A stretch of DNA of 32,559 nucleotides from Phoronis australis (Eukaryota > Animalia > Phoronida): positions 62,267 through 94,825 of the forward strand of contig NMRA01000934.1 of the NCBI GenBank assembly GCA_002633005.1, read 5' to 3'. Made by a program: the position numbers and the translations under genes. The notes beneath the pieces were generated by a model, which saw only the letters and a program-made list of their open reading frames with translations, made no database searches and had not been told where the DNA came from. Numbering within the stretch: position 1 is the first letter of the stretch; every line of letters begins with the position of its first letter. Shown in pieces: positions 11,458-23,400 of this stretch.

Positions 11458-14400
11458 GCACACACACACACTCACACACACACACACACTTATTTTATAC
11501 AGGCTTTGCTGTGCATCATATTGCACAAATCACCTAAATAATGATAGAGTCCTTCGGTACTGTCTACAGGAATATACTTAAACAAGCTAACAACATCGAA
11601 ACTAGCCTTACACGAACCCTTTCCTTTAGCATATTGATGTCATTGATGAACTCGAATGAGTTTCTAAGACAATACTTCGAATCAGAGAGGAATCAAGATC
11701 CCAATTAAAAACTTGGCAAGGCTATAAGTATAACACCTAATATAGGATACTACCAGTCTTAATGGAATACCGAGCTTATGTGTTTTTGGTAAGTCATACA
11801 TTTTAGCAGGTTGTGAACCGGTAGTGCGAATACAGTGTCCTGATCAATGACATGCAAAAAATCACTCCTTTGTAATTCAGACAAGTGCGCTATTCAAGAG
11901 GAATCTGGCTTTGATAATGCGCACGTCTGAGCGTCACGTACAATATACTCAGTTGCGCCTAGTGCACCTTTGAAGTACCCTCGTGTTTGTGTTATTGTTT
12001 GTAATCTCCAAAAATGCTCGTGCATTTCTGATGATATTGATTGCATTACCAGTTTTCATATTCACCTGTTAATAAGAGGTATGTACTGGTGCTAGATCGT
12101 CCCGCTGCCAACACTGCAGTGTGTGAATCATCAGTACTTATACCTGAGGTTGCATTTACTTGTTGTTTTAATACCTTAAAAATACTATGATGGTAAGAAT
12201 GCGTCATTGAACTATTAAAATCATACTTAAGTACCTCTTTCTACAAGGTTGTTTGTATATTTGATGATAATGCAAATCTGTTGGTCTTGTTTTTTTGGCG
12301 CAGTGAGTAGTCTTTTAGAACAAGAATTTGTTGCGTAAAATACAACTAAGAGTTTCAGAAAGTGTTGAGTAAACAAACAAGTTTTCAACATATACCATTC
12401 ACATTCCAATCAGTAATATACGAGATACAAAGGAAAAAACCTGCCCAATTTGCACATGCATGGGTAGATGGCAACCGGAATGACCCACGTTGCTAGCGAT
12501 CCTAGTGGCTAAATATATGCAAGTCCCCCCTTCATTAAGTACTGTTTAGATACTACTGTGAAGTAGTGTAAGGTATGTTCATACTAGCTTATCAACAGTA
12601 TCAATACTACTACCAAATTTCTTTTGATACTAATGCTCAAGTTGAAATCTCAAAAAGGCTGTAACTTGTTTTTCTGTTTGCAATTTTTGTGTCCTTACAT
12701 CAAAATCATTTAAGCTGCAGTTTTTCATAGCTCCCTGTGTAAAAGCGAAACATGTGCAAGAATTTCCTAACTGAGTTTCATTCAAATTTGCCAAGCCAGT
12801 TTTGATACATGATGTTTTGAAGTAAGCCAAATTTCGACATCTTTGATTTCTAATAACCTTGGTCCTTGTTTATGCCAACAGGAGATGTGTGTTGAAAGTT
12901 ACTCGGGTGCCATATGGACAAGACTGTATGTCAAGGAGAATCGATTTCTTCAGTCCAATGTGATATTTATCGTGTATTACCCCCGCACCCCTTTCATTCT
13001 TCTGTCAAAAGTGAAGGCCAACCACCAAGATTACATCCTTCAGGTAATCATTTAACTTACTTTATTGGTTTTGTTGGTTGTATTGGCGTGTTTTTATTAA
13101 ACGACTAACCTGTGTTGGGTTATCGGGTTTCAAGTTTGGAGTGATTGATTTTGACTGTTGGAAAATGTAGTTCATTGAATATGGTTTGTTTATCCCATGC
13201 GAGTGCAATACGGCCATGCAATATTGTTTTCCATATTTACCTCTCGTACTACTTCAACAGTGACCTCTGACATGGAAAGTTCAAAAGGTAGGTCAATGTC
13301 AACTCGACGATAGCCGATTCGATCATCAAAATTCTGGAAATAGTTTAAAGTAATACAATTGCATCAGTGTAAATACAACTCAACATGCAATCAGGTCCCA
13401 TTCCTAACATCTGGAACAGGACTGTTAATTATATGACAGTTCTGTCTCAGTTTTCAATTGCTAAATATTATGTCGTCTGCAACTCAGGTGCTGATTCCTC
13501 AGTAACTACAATATCAAATGTTGTTATTTAACTATTTTCAGGAGATATTACAAGTTCAATGCACAGTTACCATTGTTTTCATCTTTCTTGTCTCTTTTCA
13601 AGTAATATAACCTTACATTTGAAACTGTTTCTTTTACTAGAGAAAACTTGCAAACTAACGCGCAACTGCATACATATATGATGTAATCCGTCACGTGAAC
13701 AGTCACAGCATTTAAAAAATCTGCCGAAAAAATGAATGAAACTTAGGAATTCAAAGCCTACGGTCTCGGTTTATACGTGGAATAATGTCTCTTGGGATAT
13801 TTCTTCATGTGTGCCACTTTCGGTGCGTTTTGTGTATTTATTCAAAGATGGATACAGCTAACCAAAGTAGTAACAATGGACGCTCTGTGTGATTAGGTTT
13901 TTTTTTAAGTTTAAATTGAACCCCACTGTTCACAATGTTTGTATTTAGTACATTTCTTCGCTGTCAGTAAAAAGAGAAATAAACCTTAGACACAAATGAT
14001 GTCTTATTACACCCTTAGCATTTGATATGTATCTGTGAAACATGTATTATTAAATTTAGGCATGTCCTTTTAAGGATGATGATGCTAATTTTATTTACCT
14101 AAACATCATTCAACAAAGAATGGACTCACCGGAGACAGCCCAAGAGTTGTTATCTCTGCGGCGAAGTCTATCTGTGTTTTTTCCTTTGTTGTTGAGCAGT
14201 TATTACAACTCCTAGTTTGCTTCTTTACGTGTTGGAAGGTACTAGTAACCTCAGACGTTACATTATGAATGAAAGCAGCTATTTATTCGATATGGATTCC
14301 GTTATTACTCGTTATCAATCAATTCATTTCTGTAATAAAGGCCATAGGCCCTCTGTACAAAAGAACAGCATGTAACGTGCAGCAAGTTGTCACGGAGACG

Positions 14401-17400
14401 AAAAGCATAAAAATCATATTTAATAATTATGTTAACTAATTTAGCATCATCACTTGTTGACATTAATCTATTGAACTTGAAAAAAGACGGAAAATTCCAG
14501 TTGTACACTTCAATATAATTTTCTCTCAGTTCAGAATATTTATCATAGCTTAGAAGGAAATGGTACCAGTCTTCCACCAATTGGGGCAGTAGGGACACAC
14601 TCTACCGTATCCAAATTCAAGTGCCTGCCTACTTCAATCATGAGACTGGCTCGAACAACGAAAACGTGTCATGGACATAATTTGTGCATGGGGTACACTC
14701 AAACTTAAAAAAAAATCCAATTTGAATTCCTTTTTAAATTGATTATAAAAATACAGTTTAGGATTATTCTCAACACCCTGTCTCCATCCTTGCAAATAAC
14801 AATCCCTTATATTTCTTAGGTATCAGTGGCAACACACTGTGAATAATTACTGTCATTAGCTAATTTCTTATGCTTGTAGTTGACACTGTAAAATTCTAAT
14901 CAGTTGTTACAGCGACTTACCTAAGTGGCAAGCTATTCAAGAACTATTAGTTTACCAAAAGTTTATACATTTCATCTTATCATACCCAAGCAGAAAATCG
15001 ACGTATTCTCAAATTTACAAATACATAATTTTTATGCCAGCTTTAAGTTTTCCTTTGATTTTCTTCAAAATTGACTTGACTATGTTAACTACTGGGGTAT
15101 TAATTTTTTGGCATATAAGGAGGACAGGTACTGCTGCAGTAAATGGGATGACAAGATTTTCTACAGTTGCAACTCCTTGACCCCAAAGCCTTCTGAAAAT
15201 CTAGACAGGTTTGCGCTGCCTATTGAACCTGTATGTGGAGATATCTAAACCAATGAAGTGGAACGTAATCAACACTCAGCAAATCGAAATCTTTGGATCC
15301 CATTTAAAGTTGCAATTTCAGTTAATGATTCACAAATATTTTGAAAATCAAAGACTCACATGACATCATGTGTTATTATTGTTTTGCTTAAAAGGCTGAG
15401 AAGGTTTTTTCTTGAAATTGTGGGTTTTATTTTACAAATTGGACACAAATTATTTGTCACTGTTTATGACCAAATAAGATGAAACTAAATTAAGCCTCAC
15501 AACTCTAACAATAGATCACCTTTGGCCACATGAGGTATTGGAGCTTATGGCTTTTGATGTTGTGGCATACAGTACAAGTCAGAAGTAGACAAAATGACCC
15601 ATAGTTACCCATTGTGGTGGCTGTTAGGAAGCTGAATTCGCCATCTGAGTAGGTTTTCATTACGACCAAGAATGAAGGGGAGTTAACAGGGAAAGTTATT
15701 AAGGTGACTAAACCGTTCTGTAATTAGAATTTTGTCGCCCTGTTTGTTACTGTAGCAATTTTTGCTGTTAACAGAATCGGTTGTTATGTTGGGAAAACCA
15801 TATTTTGTCTTGATTACTTTTGTGTTATACTGTACTGCTTTCCTGGGGCTCTGGGCTAAAAATGCACTGGCTCCTGTAGGATTGGAACTGAAGACTGAAT
15901 AAATGTAATTAGTGTTTCAGTCATTGCCTTTCAGTGATAGTGGCGGTAAGTAAGGGAAAGTTACTTGTCAGTGTTAGGAAAATTTTTTGAAACCTCTGTC
16001 TTTCGAACTCATCACGAGACCTTCGTCGGGTGGAATGGCGGGTAAGTGGAGCCACACCCATATCTGTTATGCCATGGTTGTCTTGTGTCATGAGATGTGA
16101 CCTCTGTCGCATCGTTGCAAGAAATTAATTGTGATAGATGGCGGGAAGATCATAGCCAACATCATGCAAGCGTATTTCCACCACTTAGCATAACTTCCTG
16201 CTTCTTTATTTGTTCTCCATCACCAAGATGGTATCATTATCACAGTACAACATCTTGTCATATAATGCCACCGTCTTGGTGGGAGAGAACAAATACTGGT
16301 GCAGGAAGATATGCGAAGTGGTGGAAATCCACTTGCATGCTCCATCACTCAATAAAGTCTTTGGCTATGATCTTCCGATATATATCAGAATTTATCCCCT
16401 CCGGCGATCCAACAGGGGTCACATCTCACGACACAAGACAATGGTGACACAATAGACATGGGTGAGGCTCCAGTTACCTGCCATTCCACCCGACAAAGGT
16501 CTCGAGATGAGGTAATTTAAAAAAACTTTCATGACTCCAACAGGTAACTTTCGATTACTCATATTCTATTTGAGTCAGTGACAAGAACATTCATTCTGCT
16601 ATATTTGTGCTAATTGTTGTTATTGTCACTTAATTAGTTATCGCAATATTTTCTAACAGTACACATAGACAAGGGAAGAAAGTAGAGATAGAAATGGAAA
16701 CAGTGATTTCTTGGATAATCCAGGAAAGCATGAAGGATAACTATTTTCATCTTCACTTTCAAAATTCAATTAAAATACTGGTGTCTTCATAAAGCATTTT
16801 GTGTTTTTGTAGTCCTGTAGTGACTACAGTTCAAATTACAAAAATAAGTACAAGTTTTTCATCAGTCTTCCTCCACTCTGTGTGTTACAGTCTTTGATGA
16901 ACATGGTGGACGTGAGTGAGTTGCGAGACTGCAGGCTAACTGGTTATCACCTGGACTCTCTGGCACAGCTCGGTTTGAACAGGCACTCACAGGTATTGTT
17001 CATGGACTGTGCAAAAAATCTTACCAATTTCAGACAAAATTAATTGTCAAAACTGCATTTTTTCATTTCTCAAAGGCTTCTAACATTGTGAATGCCTACA
17101 TTTTCAAAAGTATTTTCTGCTTGTGGCTATGGTACAGATCTTACATATGGCGAAGTATCATTCTGGTAGTGTATATATCATTTATGAAAAAATGAGGAAA
17201 TGAAATTGCACCTGTCCCCATATTGCAGAAATGTTTGAATGAGTTATCTTCTTGGTGTTAAAGACATCCTTTTACCCGATTATAACACAGGAGTTTTGTC
17301 AGTCGAGAGACATCACTGGAAGAGAAACATTTTGTAAATTACAGCCCTGCCTGTATTCGTGTTTTTTACTTGTAATTCATACAAAATGAAGTTATGTGCC

Positions 17401-20400
17401 ATTCAGCTCAAGACAACCAATTTGTTGGCACTCCACCAGAAGCTTAAAAATTGTTTTGTTGTTTTGAAAGATCAGTATTTGGTTCTGATTATTTTCAAAA
17501 CATTGCTTACACGTTGAAAGAGCATCAGGTCTGAAAATCGTTAAGTCTTCCCAAATTTGACATTCTTAAGTTTTCTTGTGTATTTGGTTGTCTTTAAGGC
17601 TTTTACCAAAGCTTTCCAAATTCTCTTTGTTCCCCAGTCTGCTGTTAAGCAATGATTGTTTTGAAAGTTAATTGATGCCTAGGTGAACAATCATATGCCC
17701 CGATTTTTCATTTAAATTCTCTTTAAGGTACTTACTGACTGTTAGACTTCCGAAAATTAGCACCACTTCTGCTTTAAAAATGCTGAGTAGTAAGGTTGCT
17801 AAAAAAACATCCAAAATCTGTTTTGTACAATACAAGTGTTTTGATTAATTCTCATAATTCATTCATGGAGCACTTTTTTGAAAAAATACCACATCAGTTT
17901 TGATATTCAAAAGGTTGAAAGTTTGATTTTCAATCAAAACACTATTAAACTGGTTACAGAAACATGATTATACTCCCACATTTTATGTGTGGACGCATTA
18001 TGCCGTCATTTCCGTCCGTCCGGCATCCGCTGCTCTATCTCCAAAACCCCTTGACGTACGTTCATGAAATTTTCGAGTTCCTCCCATGGATGGGACGGCA
18101 TGAACGGATTTTTGGACGGCTCCGACAACCGGTGTGCCCCCTAGTGGCAATTTTAGTTTTTTACGCTTACGTCTGTAACTTCAAAAGTCCTTAATGGATT
18201 TTAATGAAATTTGGTATGTAGGCATCTATTAGTGAGATGACGCGATCGTCTCGTTTTCGGATGGATTCAACATAGTTTGTGCCAACTTGTGGACGTTTTT
18301 ACTGTTTTCGAGTTTTTGCGTCCACCCTCTATCAGCCAAACTTCTTAAAGGATGATTGCGAAAATTGGCATGTATGTTCTTACTATAAAGAGGACGTCTG
18401 ATGTTGGTTTTCCAACGATTTTGTTTACTGTGGCACCTCCTAGTGGCAGTTTTGTTTTTTTGCGCCCATGGCTGTATCTCCTAAACCGTTGGCAGGATCT
18501 TTGCTAAATTTAGCAAGTATACTTATATTATGTTCACAACAAATGACAACAACTTTCGGACGAATCTGATTATCAGTGTGCCTCCTATTGGCAATTTTAG
18601 TTTTGTAGGTTTACCTCTGTATTTTTGAAGGTCCTCAACAGATTTTCAGAAAATTTGGAATATAGGCATCTATTGGTGAGATGACGCTATCCTCCCGTTT
18701 TCGGATGGAGTCGATGTACTTTGCGACACCTAATGGCCATTTTTCCTGTTTGCTAATCTGTTTTTGGCGTCCACCCGTCGACCAACCAAACCAATCTAAA
18801 GATGATTTTGAAAATTGGCGTGTATGTTCTCTGTGTGAAGAGGGCGGTTGAGTATAACAAATTCGACTACTGTGGCACCTCCTAGTGGTAGTTTTGTTTT
18901 GTTTGCGCCCATAGCTGCATCTCCTTAACATACTGCATGATCTTCATTAAATTTAGTACCTTATTTGCCGTAGTAACCACCCAGGGCACTTAGAAAAGTT
19001 CGTTTCAGGGGGGGGCGCTTATTATAACCCAAGGCCGTTGAAACACGGTCTCCGAAACGGGTGAAATCGGAAGCTAAGATTCATCACATTTACGTTCTGT
19101 GACGTATCTGTAATCTATGAAAGACTTACTACAAAACCGTGGTGCATTGCTATCAAACTTTGCTGATAAATTACCATCATTTTACAGAAAATTTTGCTGA
19201 AATCCCTGGCCAAAACTCGCCGACTGACTGCCTCGCAATCGTCGATATGGCGACTTGAATGCTTGAATAAAAATACAGTTTCGACTCAAGCAAATTACCT
19301 GAAATCCTGAAGTTTTCCAAGTAGCGCCTCTAAGATTTTTAAGTTCCCGTGGACTCGGGATTAGCGGCAGGTTTAAGTACAAATCTGTGGTACATCGTGC
19401 CATCTACATGTATGATCGGCAACATGAGAAAAATGTCTGGACAAACACACATGTTGTTGTCACGTGACGTTTGTTTTGAAGTTCGTCTGCGTTGAGTCAG
19501 CGAGCGCGTGCGTGTCACCAGAGTTCATTTGCCAGAGCAGAGACCGTCTTCTGGCCAGTGCCACGCAATCTAACGAGCTACTAGATTGTGCATTGTATCT
19601 AAAGAAATTTGCACACTCAAGCAATAGGCCTAAACCAGAGCGTGTTTCATTCAGCACTTACCGGTCTCATGTGCTAAAAATGTTCGACATTTGTCTCGGT
19701 AAGGCCCATATTAGTCGCCGTGTGACTGGAAGCGTACGTGACAGTTACTTTTCAGTGTAAGGGTGTGTAAGCATTCACTGTCTCTGGTCATTTTATCGGA
19801 TATTTGGCTTAAAAACACCAATTATGATTAATCAAACAATTCATCTTAAAAATAACGCAAACATTATTTATAGTATTAGAAACTTTCGGAAATTAGTGCC
19901 AATATTCATTTCTTGCCGATGCTATGCTACCCGTTTCATGAATGGATAGTTCCCGACTAATGTCTTTGATGATAGGTTCATGTATGTAGTGTGCGCTTCC
20001 TGGCCACGTGCTTTTAACACTGGCCAAGCTTTTTATTAGCCTTCTATTCGTGGTTTTCACGTCGTGTATAAAGAAATTTGGATTCCTGTTGAAAACGGGA
20101 AATATCTTCAAAGCAATACCGTAGACAAGTACACTACATCTGTTCTGAATGGCCAGACCATTGATCCTCTCAAGATCAGCAAAACTTTTGTGTTCGTTTT
20201 GAGGCATGGCGGAAGTTTGAAGTGTATAGTCACTTGGCCTAAATACCGACATAGCGGCGAGGCTTGTGGTCTACAAATTCTGCGCACAATGATTTTTTCA
20301 GTACTCACTGTCTGATATTATTGATAAATTGATGACGTTACTGTAGAATTTTAGGACTGTAGGTGAGGCATTTTTCGCACGAATATGTTCATGGACTGAG

Positions 20401-23400
20401 CGCTTATTTTAGCGAAGTCTGAAAACGCGTGGGGGACGCTTATAGGGGCATGGGCGGTTATTACGGCAAATACAGTAATTGTATTTTTATGAAGCTAACA
20501 CAGACAACGTCTTTCAGGTCGATCCAATGAATGCTGTGCCCCATAGTGGCAATTTCATTTTTTTCGTTTTCCTTTGTTTCTCTGAAGTTCCTTGACTGAT
20601 TTTTATGAAATTTGGTAAATGGCTTTCTATTAAAGAAGCGATGACATTTTCCCGTTTTCAGATGGATTTGATATTTTTGCGCCATCTAGTGGCTTTTTTA
20701 TGGAACAAACACTGAAGTTCCTTGACAGATTTTTATGAAATATGGCATGTTCCTGTTTTTGGATGGATTGTACGTTTTTGCGCCATCATCTAATGGCCAT
20801 TTTTATAATAAAAATAAATAACCCTAAAAGCACACCATTTGCAATGCATTCGTGGGCGCATTTCAATGCTCCGCGTTGCTCTTGTTTTTATGTGGAATAC
20901 TTTTTTTGTGAAAGTACACAAAATCGATCTTTAGGCCTTAAACTAAATTATTCTGTGGTCATTAAAAAGTTTTAGTTATTAACTACACAGAAGTGAAAAG
21001 GTTACAATTAACTTTTTGAGGCATCAAATTCCACATTTCCACATTTACTACAGCAGATGCGCCGCCACGATTTTTTTCTTCAGAAATGTAGAATATGATT
21101 GGCACTGGATAATTGTTTTTCACTGATTGGTTGCTTGTAGAAATGCATTATTTATTGCTTTTAAGCCAGCTCATAGTTGCCTCAGAAATATTTTGGATCA
21201 GATTTCCATTAACTGGTCTTTGTTAAAGAGTGCTATGCATATTCTGTGTCTGTTGTGCTAGGGCGGCTTCTCAAAGTATCGGCTGAATGAAGGTAGTACA
21301 AACCCACTGTCTCTGCGCCGAGGGCAGAAACGAAAACACACAGGTAAGCTTGAAGAACCGTGTTTTGATAGTTGCAACATGCCAAAAATAACTGGGCAAA
21401 ATGTCCCATATCCAAGGTAATAGCTAAGGGCACTTACACCAAAAATAAGTCAGGATCTCTCGTGAATCCTCTGGCAAAATCCTTACTATAGATTAGCACT
21501 TCTGCGTTCTCACCTGATCTCTGCAGACGATTCTCCATTTAGTGTACAATATGGCCGGCACGTGAAATTGTGCTTGTTAAATTTCTCAACAAAAGTAAAG
21601 ATTAAAAGTATTTTAGTCTCTTAGATGTGTGGTTTGCAGTATGTAGATGTAATAAAACAACAGATGCGAAAAGTTCCCATTGTTTGCAAAAAGGAAATCA
21701 ACCATTGGAAAGTGGAAAAATGACATCTTCTGCAATTATTTTTTATGCAAAATAAGTGCAAAATTCCCGTAGGATGAATTCCACTTGCACTCAGCTGTCA
21801 TGACTAGTAGTTGCTATTCATTATGTATTGTGCGCCCACGTGGATGCATTATGGCGTCATCTCCGTCCGTCCGGTGCCCGCTGCTCTATCTCCAAAACTT
21901 ATTGACGTATGTTCATGACATTTTGCACATGTGTTCCTTTCATGGATTTGACGGCATGAGCGAACTTTCGGACAGATCCGACTACCAGTGTGCCCCCCTT
22001 GTGGCAATTTTGATTTTTTACGTTTACCTCAGTCTGTATCTTCAAAGGTCCTCAACATATTTTCACAAAATTTGGTATATAGGCATCTGTTAGTGAGACG
22101 ATGGTATCTTCCCATTTTCGGATGGATTTTACATAGTTTGCGCCACCTGTTTTCGAGTCCGCCCCTCTATCAACCAAACTGCTCTAAGCATGATTGTGAA
22201 AATTGGCATGTATGTTCTTACTATAATGGTTGACTATTTTCCGACGATTTCGACTACTTTGACACCTCCTAGTGGCAGTTTTTCTTGCACGTATGGCTAT
22301 ACCTCCTAAACCGTTAGCAAGATCCTTACTAAATTTAGTAAGTGCATTTATGTGAAGACGACAACGGATGACAACGACTTTCGGACAGATCTGACTACTG
22401 GTGTGCCACCTTGTAGCAATTTTATTCTTTTTACGTTTACCTCAGTCTGTATCTTCAAAGGTGCTCAACGTTTTTTCATAAAATTTTGTGTACAGGCTTC
22501 TGTTAGTGAGGTGACGCTATCTTTTCATTTTCAGATGGATTCGACCTAGATTGTGCCACTTTGGCCATATTTACTGTTTTTGAGTCTGTTTTTTGGCGTC
22601 CACTCCTCTATCAACCAGACCGCTTTCAGGATAATTGTGAAAATTGGCATGTTTGTTTTTACTATGAATTGGATGATTTCTGATGACTTTGACTATTGGG
22701 GTGCCTCCTAGTGGCAGTTTTTTTTGCACCCATGTCTGTATCAACTACACTGTTTGCAGGATCTTTACTAAATTTAACAAGTGTGGTTATATAATGTTAA
22801 CAACGGATGATGACGATTTTCGGATGGATCTGACTACTGGTGTGCCCCCTGGTGGCAATTTTAGTTTTACGTTTACCTCTGTATCTTTAAAGGTCCTCAA
22901 CACATTTCATAAAATTTTGAATACGGGCATGTATTGGTGAGATGATGCTATCCTCCTTTTTTCGGTATGGAATCAAGGTATTTTGTTCCACCTAGTGGCC
23001 ATTTTTGCTGTTTTTGAATCTGTTTTTTGGCGTCTTTTCTCTATCAACCAAATTATTCTAAGGATGGTTTTGAAAATTGGCGTATATGGTCTCAGTGTGG
23101 AGAGGACGGTTGACGATGACAACTTTGACTACTATGGTGCCTCCTAGTGGTAGTTTTGTTTTGTGCCCATAGCTCTATCTTCTTAACCCACTGCAAGATC
23201 TGTATTAAATTTAATTTGTAAGTGTATTTATATGAAGCTAACAACAGACAATGACGACTTTCAGGCGGATGCAATGAACAGTGTGCCCCCTAGTGGCATT
23301 TTCATTTTGGTCTGTTTTCCTTTGTTTTTCTAAGTTCCGTGACAGATTTCTATGAAATTTAGTGTATAGCTTTCTATTACAGAAGCTATGACATGTTCCC

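Larger units (their letters stand above)
17968..20887 (+). mobile_element. HINE-like element, copy 2, interrupted by the insertion at 18959-20475
   Basis: Same 5' (GCATTATG..CCGTCCGTCC) and 3' (GCATTCGTGGGCGCATTTCAATGCTCCGCGTTGCTCTTGTTT) modules and same tandem units as copy 1. Confidence 0.75.

Noticed and set aside
11503-11541. Extra CENP-N exon after ttttatacag
   Set aside because: The phase-0 reading hits TAA after 12 codons, and exons 4 and 5 already join in frame.
12224-12541. Possible TIR element TACTTAA...TTAAGTA
   Set aside because: A 7-bp AT-rich match is too short to distinguish from chance.
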